From contig OZ242260.1 in NCBI GenBank assembly GCA_965207065.1, positions 3,648,001-3,712,000 of the forward strand: a DNA stretch of 64,000 nucleotides, given 5' to 3'. This DNA is from a bacterium. GTDB taxonomy: Bacteria > UBA8248. The position numbers and the translations under genes are program-made. The notes under the pieces were generated by a model. It was not told the origin of the DNA, ran no database searches, and worked only from the letters and a program-made list of their open reading frames with translations. Numbering within the stretch: position 1 is the first letter of the stretch; every line of letters starts with the position of its first letter. Positions 8,841 through 20,230 of this stretch are shown here, in pieces.

Positions 8841-9842
8841 ATGAATACTTCCAATAATTCAAACCAGCAAACCCCCAGACCGAAAACAACCGTGGCGCCG
8901 GTTACCGTCATTCGCTTCGGAGAAATGATTCCTGATTGGGGTGAATATCATGAATCAAATATGGAGGGGAATCACCGGGCGATTTACCGATACATCGGAG
9001 GTATTTCCGGTCAAAATCTCCGCTCTCCCCTCCCCGGCTGGGAATTCACCTGCGGCATCGCCATGGCTCCTCCCCAAAACGGCGCACCGCTCCACGATCA
9101 CCCTGACGAAGAGATATTCATGGTCTGGGAAGGTGAATTCGAGATATTCTGGGAGGAATTCGAAACCAATGCTCCCAAAAGCGTCGTTTTGGGCAAATAC
9201 GATCTCATCCGCGTACCCTCCGGCATCATGCGCGGGTTCAGGAATGTCGGAAACGATGACGGGTTCATTCATTTCATCCACGGCCAGGGCGACTACCAGT
9301 ATCCCGTCTACCCTGATTCGCTGCGAGAAGGTCTGCCGGATGGCGCTCGAACCGAATCTTACGTCAAAAAACCCGCCTATGACCCGGCAACCCAACTGGT
9401 CCGCCACGAGGAATGTCCCCGGAACTGGAGCGTTTATTATGAGGCGAAACTTCCCGAGGGAGTTCGGTCTCTCAGGCGCTATATCGGCGGCGTATCCGGT
9501 GATACGGATGAAGGTCCACCGCCTTCCCTGTCCGAAGGAGAGATAGGATACGCGATGGTGGAATGCGGCAATGGCCGCGGCGCGCCGCTTCATGACCATC
9601 CATGCGAGGAACTTTTTATCGCTTTAGAGGGCAGATGGGTCGTCTATTGGGCCGACGAGCGGGGAAACATCGAGCAAGCCGTTCTCGAACCATGGGATGC
9701 CTGCTGGGTGCCTACCGGTGTGCAGCGCGGATTCCGAAATGCCGACCGAACCGAAGGGAAAATCCACATCATCCAGGGACAAGGAGCAACCCCGGCCCCT
9801 AACTACACGAAAGATTATGCTGCCCTGAAAGAAAATGCCTAG
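8841..9842 (+). CDS. Bicupin (internally duplicated cupin)
   Basis: Two copies of RYIGG...GAPLHDHPxEE.F...EG...VP.G..RGFRN...I.GQG. ATG 8841 follows AGGAGG. Confidence 0.8.
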   Translation: MNTSNNSNQQTPRPKTTVAPVTVIRFGEMIPDWGEYHESNMEGNHRAIYRYIGGISGQNLRSPLPGWEFTCGIAMAPPQNGAPLHDHPDEEIFMVWEGEFEIFWEEFETNAPKSVVLGKYDLIRVPSGIMRGFRNVGNDDGFIHFIHGQGDYQYPVYPDSLREGLPDGARTESYVKKPAYDPATQLVRHEECPRNWSVYYEAKLPEGVRSLRRYIGGVSGDTDEGPPPSLSEGEIGYAMVECGNGRGAPLHDHPCEELFIALEGRWVVYWADERGNIEQAVLEPWDACWVPTGVQRGFRNADRTEGKIHIIQGQGATPAPNYTKDYAALKENA

Positions 9843-9963
9843 ATGAACCCGCAGGATAGCGATTGAATGTGTATTTTGCGAGCATGGAAAACAGAAGCTA
9901 GATCAAATAGTTAGGGGGAAACATCCCTGACGGGGGGTGCGACCCGTTTGTATCGCTCAGCTT

Positions 9964-11052
9964 CTAATGCCCTTCTCCCAAAGGCAATTGCACGGCCTCT
10001 CCCGTTTTGGAAGACAATTCCATCGCTATCGTCACTTCCAGGGTCTGACGCGCATCCTCGGCCGTGGCGTGGGTTGTCGGCCTCCCGTTGATGACATGAT
10101 CCAGCCAGCTTCTTGTTTCATCACCCAGCGGACCCCAATAATCACCCGCCGCCCAGTCACCAGGCGTCGTACTGCTCAAAAATGCCGTATTGATGTGATG
10201 ATCCGGTATATATGTGTGCGGAATTCCCTTGTCGGTATACAGCATTTCATCCTTGTGGTCTTCGTCCAGCATTAAAACGCCGTCCGTACCGTAAATCTCC
10301 ATTCTCACGCTTTGGCCCAGCGCCGGATATTTTGCGGGCAGAGCGTAAAAAACGCCCAGATTCATTACCGCTCCATTGTCAAAGGTGACGATTGACCAAG
10401 TGACGTCGTTCGCTGAATAGCCGAGTTCTTTATATATTTTCCCGTTTCCACGAGCGACCACCTCGACTGGTCGATGGCCTTCCATGAACCAGCAGGCCAT
10501 ATCCACCCAATACGTGAGAACGTCCAGCACAGGCGTTGCGTGAGGGGAGCGCTTCAGAATCTGCAGCCCCTGGGCGCGGGTGTTACAGGTACGGCCCGTG
10601 CCGGCGAGGATTTCCCCAAGCCTTCCCTGAATAATTTGCTCTTTCGCCATCTGGTAGCGACGTTTGAATCGTTGAGCATAACCTACCCGAAGTTCAGTGC
10701 CTGTCCTCTCGGCAACCGAGAGTATGCGGTCGGCGTCTTCCAATGTGAGGGAAATCGGTTTTTCCACCAACACCGGCTTGCCCAATTCCAGGGCATGGAT
10801 GATGGAATCGGCATGATCGTGCTCGGGTGTGGATACGATAACGGTCGTGACATCGGGGTGTTCAATAACTTCTTCATTCTTACCGGTAGCGAGTTGGGCG
10901 CCTACCTTGCCCCCCAAGTCTTTCGCCCGCTCCTGATCGATGTCCGATACCGCCAAAAATTCAAGAGACGGATGATGTGAGACCAGATTCGCCCGCAAAG
11001 TCCCTATTCTACCGGAACCCACAACACCCACACCTAACGCTTTTTTGTCCAT
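9964..11052 (-). CDS. Gfo/Idh/MocA family NAD(P)-dependent oxidoreductase
   Basis: GVVGSGRIG, VSTPEHDH, GKPVLVEKP. Confidence 0.88.
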   Translation of the reverse strand: MDKKALGVGVVGSGRIGTLRANLVSHHPSLEFLAVSDIDQERAKDLGGKVGAQLATGKNEEVIEHPDVTTVIVSTPEHDHADSIIHALELGKPVLVEKPISLTLEDADRILSVAERTGTELRVGYAQRFKRRYQMAKEQIIQGRLGEILAGTGRTCNTRAQGLQILKRSPHATPVLDVLTYWVDMACWFMEGHRPVEVVARGNGKIYKELGYSANDVTWSIVTFDNGAVMNLGVFYALPAKYPALGQSVRMEIYGTDGVLMLDEDHKDEMLYTDKGIPHTYIPDHHINTAFLSSTTPGDWAAGDYWGPLGDETRSWLDHVINGRPTTHATAEDARQTLEVTIAMELSSKTGEAVQLPLGEGH

Positions 11053-11138
11053 TTTACCCTCTGAATTTCCTTGAAAAGTTATCTAGACAGAAGCCGAATC
11101 AAGTAATGCCCTGCTTCTCTCCCTCGTAGGAGCAAATG

Positions 11139-11166
11139 AAAAAAACCGGCCTCCAAGGAGACCGGT
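11139..11166 (-). terminator. Rho-independent terminator after pnp
   Basis: Minus strand ACCGGTCTCC-TT-GGAGGCCGGT followed by a T-run. Confidence 0.8.
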
Positions 11167-11189
11167 GCACACATCAAAATCCGGGAGCA

Positions 11190-13325
11190 TCAAGTCACGG
11201 GTGCATAGAATTGCTTCCATTCTTCGGGCAACTCTTCTTCTGTCACATCTTTCATGGAGAGACGGATTCTCCCATTCCCTTCCACTTCAATGCATTTCAC
11301 CAAAACCTTCTGGCCTTCTTTCAAGACATCAGTCACTGAACCAATTCTCTTCTTGGCAATCATGCTGATATGACAAAGACCATCCGTACCCGGGAAAATT
11401 TCAACGAATGCTCCAAAATCCATGATTTTTCTGACTGTCCCATGGTAAATCGTGCCCTTCTCGGCTTCCTGAGTCAGTTCACGAATGATCTCAATCGCCC
11501 TGAGAGCAGCCGACTCATCCGTGGATGAGATGAAGATGGTTCCATCATCTTCAATATCTACATCCGCCCCAGTCTCCTCGACAATGCCGCGAATTACTTT
11601 TCCGCCTGGTCCGATCACATCCCTCACGCGATCTTTCGAGACCTGAATCGTCATAATCCTCGGCGCATAAGGGGAAATCTCTTCGCTTGGCTGAGAAATC
11701 ACTTTATCCATCTGATCAAGTACATGCATTCTCGCGTCGTTGGCCTGTGACAAAGCATCCCTCACGAGGCTCAGTTGCAACCCTTTGATTTTGATGTCCA
11801 TTTGAAGGGCCGTAATGCCATGGCGCGTGCCACCAACCTTGAAGTCCATATCTCCCAAATGATCTTCCAAACCGAGGATATCCGTGAGTATTGCCGTTCT
11901 TCCTGTGGATTCTTCACTGATCAAACCCATGGCAATGCCGGCCACTGGAGATGTTATCGGTACGCCCGCGGTCATCAAGGCCAGACTGGCCCCGCAGATG
12001 CTCGCCATGGATGAGCTGCCATTGCTCTCCGTGATGTCTGAAACCACGCGGATTGTATAGGGGAAATCTTCCTGTTCAGGCAAAATCGCCTGCACGGCGC
12101 GAGAAGCCAACGCACCGTGGCCAATTTCGCGGCGGCCAGGGCCGCGGTTCGGCTTCGCTTCACCAACGCTAAAGCCAGGGAAATTGTAGTGCAGCAGAAA
12201 AGTCCTGTCGGCTTTGCCGTCCAGGGAGTCTATCAATTGCGCTTCGGAGGCAGTACCCAACGTTACAGTCACCAACGCCTGTGTCTCACCCCGTGTGAAC
12301 AATGCGCTGCCATGAGGCCTGGCAAGGGGTGACATTCTGATGGTAATCGGCCTGACATCACGCAGCCCCCGACCATCCGAACGTTTCCCCTCATCCAAAA
12401 TCAAGCCACGGAAAACTTCTTTTTCGAGTTTGCCAAAACAATCCGAGACATCACCCTTATCAGGAGCCCCATCCTCGTCTGTACAAAGAGAGTCAACCGC
12501 AGCAGCTTTCGCCTCATCAATTGCGCCATATTGTCCTGCTTTGTCGTGAATCTCGGCAGCCGCTTGTAATTTGGGAACTACAATTTCACGAACCTTCCCC
12601 AATAGTTCCGCATCTTCTTCCTCTGTTTCGATGATGCGTTTGGTTTTTCCGCATTCGGTCCTGAGTTCTTCTTGTAGGACACACAACTCTTTAATTACCG
12701 AATGGCCTTGCTCAAACGCTTCCATATATACGTCTTCGGAAACTTCAAAACTTCCTGCTTCCACCATGACAATTGCGTCCGATGTGCCGGCCATCACACA
12801 GTTCAGATCGCTGTCAATTTGCTGTTCTACCGTCGGATTAACAATGATTTCGCCATCAATTCGCCCGACACGAACAGCACCGATAGGACCGGCGAATGGG
12901 ATGTCCGAGATGTGGAGAGCGGCGGAAGTGCCATTGATTGCCAAAATGTCGGAGTCATTCAACTTGTCATAAGACATGACCATAATCTGAATCATCGTCT
13001 CACAACGAAATTCCTTCGGGAAAAGAGGCCGGATTGGCCTATCGATTAAACGACAAGTTAATGTTTCTCTCTCGCCAGGCTTTGCTTCGCGCCGAAAAAA
13101 GTTGCCGGGAATAATTCCTGCTGCGTAGAAAAATTCCCGGTAGTCAACCGTAAGCGGGAAAAAGTCTATCCCTTCACGAGTAGAGTGCGAGGCGCAAGCC
13201 GTACAGAGCACACTGGTTTCACCATAATGCATCATTACGGCGCCGCCGGCTTGCTTGGCTATCTCACCTGTTTCAAAAGCAAGAGTATAACCATTGATAG
13301 ATATGTCTTTACGATACGGTGGCAT
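11190..13325 (-). CDS. pnp: Polyribonucleotide nucleotidyltransferase (PNPase)
   Basis: DFFPLTVDYRE, RLIDRPIRPLFP, HGSALFTRGETQ, SNGSSSMAS, KH and S1 domains. Start taken at MPPYR (13325). Confidence 0.97.
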   Translation of the reverse strand: MPPYRKDISINGYTLAFETGEIAKQAGGAVMMHYGETSVLCTACASHSTREGIDFFPLTVDYREFFYAAGIIPGNFFRREAKPGERETLTCRLIDRPIRPLFPKEFRCETMIQIMVMSYDKLNDSDILAINGTSAALHISDIPFAGPIGAVRVGRIDGEIIVNPTVEQQIDSDLNCVMAGTSDAIVMVEAGSFEVSEDVYMEAFEQGHSVIKELCVLQEELRTECGKTKRIIETEEEDAELLGKVREIVVPKLQAAAEIHDKAGQYGAIDEAKAAAVDSLCTDEDGAPDKGDVSDCFGKLEKEVFRGLILDEGKRSDGRGLRDVRPITIRMSPLARPHGSALFTRGETQALVTVTLGTASEAQLIDSLDGKADRTFLLHYNFPGFSVGEAKPNRGPGRREIGHGALASRAVQAILPEQEDFPYTIRVVSDITESNGSSSMASICGASLALMTAGVPITSPVAGIAMGLISEESTGRTAILTDILGLEDHLGDMDFKVGGTRHGITALQMDIKIKGLQLSLVRDALSQANDARMHVLDQMDKVISQPSEEISPYAPRIMTIQVSKDRVRDVIGPGGKVIRGIVEETGADVDIEDDGTIFISSTDESAALRAIEIIRELTQEAEKGTIYHGTVRKIMDFGAFVEIFPGTDGLCHISMIAKKRIGSVTDVLKEGQKVLVKCIEVEGNGRIRLSMKDVTEEELPEEWKQFYAPVT

Positions 13326-13357
13326 TAGATAGCTTCCCTCTGATGCAAGACCCACAT

Positions 13358-13627
13358 CTAGCGACGCAGGCCAAGATCCTGAATGATCGTGCGATAGCGG
13401 CTGATGTCCTTTTCTTTCAAATAATCAAGGAGACGCCGCCGCTGACCCACGAGTTTCAATAGCCCTCTTCGGGAATGATGATCTTTCTTGTGGGTCTTGA
13501 AATGGTCTGTGAGGTAGGTAATACGCTCGGTTAGGATAGCTACCTGCACTTCTGGTGAACCGGTATCGGTGTCATGTGTGCGGAACTTTTCAATAACTTC
13601 CGATTTTCGCTCCTTTGCTAGGGGCAT
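13358..13627 (-). CDS. rpsO: 30S ribosomal protein S15
   Basis: [38 protein letters not shown]. Start at MPLAK after GGAGG. Confidence 0.98.
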   Translation of the reverse strand: MPLAKERKSEVIEKFRTHDTDTGSPEVQVAILTERITYLTDHFKTHKKDHHSRRGLLKLVGQRRRLLDYLKEKDISRYRTIIQDLGLRR

Positions 13628-13708
13628 TTCTGTCACTTCCTCCACTGCTTATATCGCCGCTCTCGATTCTGCCGAGCCACTTTGGTGTAACTTCTTGAAA
13701 ACGGGCGG

Positions 13709-13737
13709 ATTCTATACAACTTTTCCATCAATGTAAA
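13709..13737 (-). promoter_or_regulatory. Sigma70-type promoter for rpsO-pnp
   Basis: Minus strand TTTACA-17 nt-TAGAAT. Confidence 0.6.
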
Positions 13738-13761
13738 TACAGAACGTATTTTCTCTTAAAT

Positions 13762-14688
13762 CTAAATGGCAAACACTTTTTCAGGCGCCACAAACCCTTG
13801 GCTTCGTTTTCGTGCATTTTCATGGACCATCTTTCCGACCGCCAATAACTCCCCCGGTTCACTCAACATACGGACACGAGTATCTACTGGCAAATCAACA
13901 GCTTCCCGAACATCTTCGAACCTGATCATAGCACCATTCAGCACCCGCACCTCCGCTCTCGGGTGTACATGGATAGCAGGTAAATGCGCGAGAGCCTGTG
14001 CAGGACTTATGAGAATATCCATAAGGCGTCTTTCTCTCGAATAGCGTTGAACATCTTCAAGAGAATGAGTATTCGCGAGTTCAAACGGGCCCAAAGCGGT
14101 TCGCGTGAGCGCTTGCAAACAACCGCCAGCCCCTTGATTGGCCCCAATATCATGACATATCGAGCGAATATATGTTCCCCGTGAACAGGTAACATCAAAG
14201 GTAAGTTGGGGACCTACTATGCTAATTGCCTTGATCCTGAACACCTCTATGGGCCGCTTATCTCTTTCAATTTCCTTGCCAGAACGCGCTAATTCATGCA
14301 GACGCTTTCCATTGGATTTCAAAGCAGAATACATTGGGGGCATCTGCTTTGTCTTACCAAGCATCGCATTCAGCAGCTCTTGGGCTCGAGTAATTGTAAT
14401 CTCCCCTGGCTCAGATTCGGCTAACAATTTTCCCGTAATATCCTGTGTATCTGTTACTCGCCCAAACAACATGACAGCCCGGTATGTTTTCTTGCACTCT
14501 AAAAAATATGAGAATAATTTCGTCGAGGGGCCAATACAAATTGGCAACACTCCTTCGGCCATAGGGTCAAGTGTACCTGCATGCCCCACTTTAGTTTTTC
14601 TAGGAAGAAGTTTTCTCACTTCATCAACCATATCGTGTGAAGTAGGACCATTCGTTTTCTTCAGATTCAAAACACCCGAAAGTTCCAA
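13762..14688 (-). CDS. truB: tRNA pseudouridine(55) synthase
   Basis: KVGHAGTLDPMAEGVL, TDTQD, PPMYSALK, CSRGTYIRS. Confidence 0.96.
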   Translation of the reverse strand: MELSGVLNLKKTNGPTSHDMVDEVRKLLPRKTKVGHAGTLDPMAEGVLPICIGPSTKLFSYFLECKKTYRAVMLFGRVTDTQDITGKLLAESEPGEITITRAQELLNAMLGKTKQMPPMYSALKSNGKRLHELARSGKEIERDKRPIEVFRIKAISIVGPQLTFDVTCSRGTYIRSICHDIGANQGAGGCLQALTRTALGPFELANTHSLEDVQRYSRERRLMDILISPAQALAHLPAIHVHPRAEVRVLNGAMIRFEDVREAVDLPVDTRVRMLSEPGELLAVGKMVHENARKRSQGFVAPEKVFAI

Positions 14689-14691
14689 AAT

Positions 14692-15066
14692 CTAACCCTT
14701 TTTTGAACTTACCTCTTTACATACATCCGATAACAAACGTTCAATTTCGGCGCTATATGCCAAACTGTGGTCGACGAAGAATTTTAGCTTGGGTGTACTT
14801 TTCAATTTCAAACGCTCGGCAAGTTTCATCTGCAAGAATCCACTGGCGCGTTCGAGTCCCTTCAAACCTTCTTCTATCTCTTCCACATTACCTTGATTTT
14901 CACCGTATCGGCTAAAGTAGACCTTCGCAACTCTTAAATCCGTGGACACTTCCACCCGGGTAATCACAACATGTTGCACGCGCGGATCTTTTACATCCCT
15001 CATCACCATATTTGCGAGTTCGGATTGTATGAGTTCCGCTACGCGCAGCAAACGAGAATTGCCCAT
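14692..15066 (-). CDS. rbfA: Ribosome-binding factor A
   Basis: RVAELIQ..LA, KDPR, VEVSTDL..AKVY, TPKLKF; expected position in the operon. Confidence 0.95.
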   Translation of the reverse strand: MGNSRLLRVAELIQSELANMVMRDVKDPRVQHVVITRVEVSTDLRVAKVYFSRYGENQGNVEEIEEGLKGLERASGFLQMKLAERLKLKSTPKLKFFVDHSLAYSAEIERLLSDVCKEVSSKKG

Positions 15067-15090
15067 GCTATCAATTTCCCTCCATAAAAT

Positions 15091-15375
15091 TCAAAAAATC
15101 TCGATATCAAAATCCAGTACAATCATTAAACCCATTCCCTCAATAAAATTCAGCACTTTTCTAAGCTGGCTATCTACAAATCGACTATCATTGCTTACGA
15201 CGCATACACCGATACGACATCTCTGCCACTTATCTTGATAATCGACTTCCGCGACAGACACATTAAACCTCTGACGCAGGCGTGTCGTGACTGACTGAAC
15301 TATCTTACGCTTTGCCTTGAGCGAACGGCATTCAGGAATCTGAACATCGATATTCAATAGACCTACGACAGGCAT
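15091..15375 (-). CDS. DUF503 (YlxP-like) protein
   Basis: SLKAKRKIV...FNVSVAEVDYQDKWQR; lies between infB and rbfA. Confidence 0.9.
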   Translation of the reverse strand: MPVVGLLNIDVQIPECRSLKAKRKIVQSVTTRLRQRFNVSVAEVDYQDKWQRCRIGVCVVSNDSRFVDSQLRKVLNFIEGMGLMIVLDFDIEIF

Positions 15376-15411
15376 GGAGTTGTGATTTCAAAATAGGTGA
15401 TGCAAATCAAG

Positions 15412-17670
15412 CTAAAGCGTCCGCGAAACTTCTTCCGTAACATACGGTTCTACGATATCGCCTTGCTTGATGTCATTATAATTCTCAATTCCGATTCCAC
15501 ACTCATAACCAGATTGAACCTCGTTAACATCATCCTTGAATCGCCTCAAAGATGAAATAGTGCCCGTATATATGACCACATTATCCCGGATGAGACGCAC
15601 GTTCGAATTTCTGTTGATATTCCCATCGGTGACATAACAACCCGCTATGGTACCCACATTGGGAACATGGAATAACTCCCGGATTTCCGCGTGCCCACGA
15701 ACTACTTCTCTCTGGACGGGTTCGAGTATTCCCTCAAGAGCCGACTTGATTTCATCGATAGCGTCATAGATGACCGAATATAAACGAATGTCTACTTTTT
15801 CATGTTTCGCGACTTCTCTGGCTCCTGGCGTCGGACGAACATTAAAACCTACGATTACGGCTGCCGAGGCAGCTGCAAGCATCACGTCGGTTTCTGTAAT
15901 TCCACCCACCGCACTATGTAGGACCTTAACCCCTACTTCCTCATTCCCCAGTTTGCCCAAGGATTCTTTCAAAGCTTCTATGCTACCCTGCACATCCGCT
16001 TTTAAGATTAAGCTCAGTTCTTTCACCTGGCCTTCTTCTACGCTTTCCATGAAACTTTCCAAAGAAACACGCGCAGAAGCCATAAGCGCCGCCATACGTT
16101 CACGTTGTTGACGTCTTGCGCTTATTTCTCTCGTCATCTTCTCATCATCTAAAACCGTAAATGTATCACCCGCCTCAGGAACACCTGCGAATCCCAAAAT
16201 TTCTACTGGTGTAGAGGGCCCTGCAAACTTCAATTTGCGCCCTTGGTCATCTAATAATGCGCGAACTTTGCCATTCCATTTACCGGCCACGAAGTTATCA
16301 CTCACATTCAAAGTACCTCGTTGAACCAAAACAGTAGCAACCGGACCACGTCCCCTATCCAGCTTTGCTTCCACGACAACACCGTTAGCGAGGCGGCTCG
16401 GGTTTGCCTTCAATTCCATGAGTTCGGCCTGCAGAATGGCAAGGTCCAAAAGATCATCAATTCCGATATTCTCTTTTGCGGAAATTTCCGAATAAACCGT
16501 GTCTCCACCCCAATCTTCCGGAATTAAGTCCAATGTCGAAAGTTGCTGTTTTACTCTGTCGGGATTAGCGTCTGCCAAGTCCATTTTATTCATCGCCACC
16601 ATAATAGGGACTCCAGCGGCTTTTGCATGATCGATCGCCTCTCGAGTCTGGGGCATGACACCTTCATTCGCAGCAACTACGATGATAGCTAAATCTGTCA
16701 CTTGCGCCCCCCGCGCCCTCATTGCTGTAAAGGCTTCGTGTCCAGGGGTATCCAAGAATACAGCTGTCCCTTTATCCGTAGTGACTCGATAAGCGCCTAT
16801 ATGTTGCGTGATTCCACCTGCTTCGCCTTCCATCACATTGGCTTTGCGGATTGCATCGAGAAGTCTCGTTTTCCCATGATCAACATGACCCATAATCGTT
16901 ATGACAGGAGATCTGGGCTGAAGATCTTCCACCCTATCCTCTTCTTGAATCAGCAGATCTTCAATATTGTCTTTGGATATTTCAACTTCATAGCCGAAGG
17001 TTTCAGATATATTTGTAGCCGTATTGTGATCTATCATTTGATTGATAGTCGTCATCTGGCCCTTTTTCATCAACTCCTTGATAACTTCCGTCGCCTTTAC
17101 GTTAATTTTTTCAGCAAGTTCTTTCACCGTTATCGTCTCTGCAATACGTACGCGCCCTCCATGTCGACGAGTAGGTTTCTCTTTGCTGACATCGCGCTCA
17201 ACCTTGGGACTTGGTGATGGCGTGATTGTTTTATCTACTGGCAACGGAGTTGCTTGGTCGATGACTGTTTGTTCATTTGTACTAGCATCGACTTTTTCCG
17301 CGCTTGGCTTTTCGTCAACAGCGACATCTTCTGATGTGACAATTTCTTGAACTTCTGCTTCTGGAATGGCGGGAGAGACTGTAGTTGCTTCTTTGGATTC
17401 TACATCTTCAGAGGAAGGTTCACTTGCTTTTTTCGGCTTTTCAACTTTTGTCTTTGTTGAAATCTTTTTTTCAGTCTTGCTTGGTGGCGCCTCTTTTTCC
17501 TCTTGGAGTGATTCCTGAGAAAAAAGCGCCATCACCAGTTCGGCAGTTTCATCATCCACAGTACTCATATGGCTTTTAACTACGATTCCTTCTCTGGCTA
17601 ATTCCTCAACAAAAGTCCTGCTGTCGTAACCAAGATTTTTAGCCAATTGGTATACGCGTACGCTCGCCAT
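15412..17670 (-). CDS. infB: Translation initiation factor IF-2
   Basis: RVYQLAK N-domain, [29 protein letters not shown]. Confidence 0.98.
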   Translation of the reverse strand: MASVRVYQLAKNLGYDSRTFVEELAREGIVVKSHMSTVDDETAELVMALFSQESLQEEKEAPPSKTEKKISTKTKVEKPKKASEPSSEDVESKEATTVSPAIPEAEVQEIVTSEDVAVDEKPSAEKVDASTNEQTVIDQATPLPVDKTITPSPSPKVERDVSKEKPTRRHGGRVRIAETITVKELAEKINVKATEVIKELMKKGQMTTINQMIDHNTATNISETFGYEVEISKDNIEDLLIQEEDRVEDLQPRSPVITIMGHVDHGKTRLLDAIRKANVMEGEAGGITQHIGAYRVTTDKGTAVFLDTPGHEAFTAMRARGAQVTDLAIIVVAANEGVMPQTREAIDHAKAAGVPIMVAMNKMDLADANPDRVKQQLSTLDLIPEDWGGDTVYSEISAKENIGIDDLLDLAILQAELMELKANPSRLANGVVVEAKLDRGRGPVATVLVQRGTLNVSDNFVAGKWNGKVRALLDDQGRKLKFAGPSTPVEILGFAGVPEAGDTFTVLDDEKMTREISARRQQRERMAALMASARVSLESFMESVEEGQVKELSLILKADVQGSIEALKESLGKLGNEEVGVKVLHSAVGGITETDVMLAAASAAVIVGFNVRPTPGAREVAKHEKVDIRLYSVIYDAIDEIKSALEGILEPVQREVVRGHAEIRELFHVPNVGTIAGCYVTDGNINRNSNVRLIRDNVVIYTGTISSLRRFKDDVNEVQSGYECGIGIENYNDIKQGDIVEPYVTEEVSRTL

Positions 17671-17748
17671 AAAACCTCCACTGCAGATTATTTACATCCA
17701 TGAGCCAACAAAAAGTAAATCCATGATGCGCCCGATACATATCTTGCT

Positions 17749-18312
17749 TCAACCGTTGCCAATTCCTCTTTCCTGCATCAAGCGCAAGCAAATGCTGTCT
17801 ACGAGAAGCACATCATCGATAAATAACAGGCCAAACGGTTTTCTACTCAAGCATTCTCCAAGTTCGTTCATCGTAAAAGGCAGAATATAAAATTCTTCCG
17901 ACATGCGTTTCAAGTTCACCAAACTTTTAGTTGATATATCTTTCGAAACAAACGGTCTCCCAAATTTCGAGAGTTTTATCTTTTTGGAAACCGCCTCTTT
18001 TCCAAAGGAGAGTACACCCTTTCTTTTAGAAGCAATCAACATACCTTCGAGGTTTCGCCTAAGAAGCATTCTCACATTCTGAAGCAACTCGTCCGAATGA
18101 ATCCTGAAATTCCTTCTTTTCAGCGCAATTTCCAAACGATTCGAAGAAACAAGCTTTGAAATGCAATTCATGTCAAAACAACAATGTGCCCCTCTTCCTG
18201 GCAATATTCTTCTTATTTCGCAAACGACATCCCCGGTCGGGCCAAATACCATTCGAAAAAATATATTCGCATTTCCTTTTTTTCGACAAACTATACATGT
18301 TCTATCCGGCAA
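17749..18312 (-). CDS. YlxR (DUF448) domain fused to a degenerate L7Ae-like domain
   Basis: PDRTCIVCR...PGRGAHCC...C; located between nusA and infB. Confidence 0.75.
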   Translation of the reverse strand: MPDRTCIVCRKKGNANIFFRMVFGPTGDVVCEIRRILPGRGAHCCFDMNCISKLVSSNRLEIALKRRNFRIHSDELLQNVRMLLRRNLEGMLIASKRKGVLSFGKEAVSKKIKLSKFGRPFVSKDISTKSLVNLKRMSEEFYILPFTMNELGECLSRKPFGLLFIDDVLLVDSICLRLMQERGIGNG

Positions 18313-18324
18313 ACAATCATCCCT

Positions 18325-19677
18325 TTATTGGCCGTCTTCGGACTCCGAACCTGTGGATTCTTCATGAGTGCGAGCAGCTTCAATCAACATCTCGGCTCTC
18401 TTCGGGCCAATTCCAGGAACCTCGCACAATTCATCCGTCGATGCCGCACTAATCGCCGCAATTGAAGAAAACCCATTATCAGCCAAAAGCCGCGCCATTT
18501 TCTCACCGACAAGATCTAGTTCCATCAATTCACTGGAAGTGTCTCCATCAACTTCAGCAGGCTGAATGCTCTCGTCTTGAGCTGCTTCACCCGCACCATT
18601 CTCTTCTCGCTCATCGCTCGAAAATGCCTGTTCGGCGATAATTCGTCGATACTCGCCCTCACCTTTCAGATCAATTTTCCAGCCCAGGAGTTTTGCCGCC
18701 AAGCGAACATTTTGGCCGCCTTTTCCGATCGCCAAAGATAGCTGATCGTCAGGTACCAACACCTCCATTCGGCCTTCATCTTCAAATAAAGTAATATGCT
18801 GAATCTTCGCAGGACTTAGCGCATTTGCCGCATAGGTGCGTATGTCGTCACTCCAGGAGATGATGTCGATCTTCTCCCCCCTGAGTTCTTGAACTATCGA
18901 TTGCACACGACTGCCCCTTGTCCCTACGCATGCACCTACGGGGTCAATGTCTCGCTCATGGCTTACAACAGAAACTTTGGAGCGTCCGCTAGGCTCTCGG
19001 ACGCAACCTTTTATTGCCACTATCCCGTCATAAATTTCGGGCACTTCCATCTCAAAAAGACGAATCAGCAAACCAGGATGCGTTCTGCTGAGAACGATTT
19101 GTGGCCCCTTTGTTATCTCTCGCACCTCCATGATATAGGCGCGGATACGATCTCCACGTTTATAAACCTCTCTGAAAATTTGCTCCCGACGAGGGAGGAT
19201 CGCTTCTGTCCGCCCAATATCCACATAGATATTCCCGCGCTCTACTTGGGAGACAGACCCTGTAATCAAATCACCTTCACGTTCCTTGAACTCCTGGTAA
19301 ATATTCGCACGCTCCGCCTCTCGTACGCGCTGTAATATCACTTGTTTCGCGATTTGTGCGGCTATTCTGCCCAGTCCTTCTGTTTCTACACCTTGCGAAA
19401 GAAAATCCCCAACCTGTATATCGGGGTTTTCTTTCCGCGCTTCATCCAAGAGGATCTCACTCTGGGGGTTCTGTATGATCCTGACGACTTCTTTCGCCGC
19501 CATGACGTCAATTTCACCCGTTTGTTCATCAAATGATACGTCTACATTTTTACCCAAACCATATTGCTTCTTCGCAGCTGACGCCATCGCGACTTTCAGT
19601 GTGTCGAGTAGCACATCTTTGGAGACACCCCGCTCTCGTTCCAATTGTGTCAGGACAGCAATCAATTCTTGACTCAC
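18325..19677 (-). CDS. nusA: Transcription termination/antitermination factor NusA
   Basis: GRIAAQIAKQVI, LSRTHP, EVPEI, DPVGACVG.RG, LSLAIGKGGQNVRLA, C-terminal HhH repeats. Confidence 0.98.
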   Translation of the reverse strand: MSQELIAVLTQLERERGVSKDVLLDTLKVAMASAAKKQYGLGKNVDVSFDEQTGEIDVMAAKEVVRIIQNPQSEILLDEARKENPDIQVGDFLSQGVETEGLGRIAAQIAKQVILQRVREAERANIYQEFKEREGDLITGSVSQVERGNIYVDIGRTEAILPRREQIFREVYKRGDRIRAYIMEVREITKGPQIVLSRTHPGLLIRLFEMEVPEIYDGIVAIKGCVREPSGRSKVSVVSHERDIDPVGACVGTRGSRVQSIVQELRGEKIDIISWSDDIRTYAANALSPAKIQHITLFEDEGRMEVLVPDDQLSLAIGKGGQNVRLAAKLLGWKIDLKGEGEYRRIIAEQAFSSDEREENGAGEAAQDESIQPAEVDGDTSSELMELDLVGEKMARLLADNGFSSIAAISAASTDELCEVPGIGPKRAEMLIEAARTHEESTGSESEDGQ

Positions 19678-19710
19678 AAAACTACTCCTCTAAGATGGAT
19701 TGAGTCGATT

Positions 19711-20208
19711 CTAATTCTTGTTCTTCAAACCTTGAAATTCCATTTCCCAATCCACATCCAAGTTCGCTTTTGCGATATCAGCCAGTGAAAATGATACCTT
19801 CTCCCCACTCTCGAAAAGTAGGCAAACAAAATTTTCCTCAACCTCAACCAACTGACCTACAATTTTCCTCTTGCCCTTCAGCCTTCCTTTAAGGCGTATC
19901 CGCACTCTATGCCCGAGATAACGCTCATAATCCTGGATTTTCCGTAAAGGCCTCTCAATACCGGGACTCGATACTTCAAGGCGATAAGATTTTTCAATGA
20001 CGTCTTTCTCATCGAGACATTCTCCGAGATTCCGGCTGACGACTACACAATCAGAGAGAAGAATACCTCCTGACTTTTCAATGTATACCCGAATTGCCAG
20101 TTGGCTGCGGTTACCGGTCAGTTCAATGTCAACCAATTCATACCCAAGGTCAGAAACTACTTCCTGGGTAATGTTCCAGATTTGATTTTCAACATCAATT
20201 GTCACCAT
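19711..20208 (-). CDS. rimP: Ribosome maturation factor RimP
   Basis: GYELVDIE, DC..VSR, YRLEVSSPGIERPL. Confidence 0.96.
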   Translation of the reverse strand: MVTIDVENQIWNITQEVVSDLGYELVDIELTGNRSQLAIRVYIEKSGGILLSDCVVVSRNLGECLDEKDVIEKSYRLEVSSPGIERPLRKIQDYERYLGHRVRIRLKGRLKGKRKIVGQLVEVEENFVCLLFESGEKVSFSLADIAKANLDVDWEMEFQGLKNKN

Positions 20209-20230
20209 AAACTCAATTCTGAGTGTGAAT

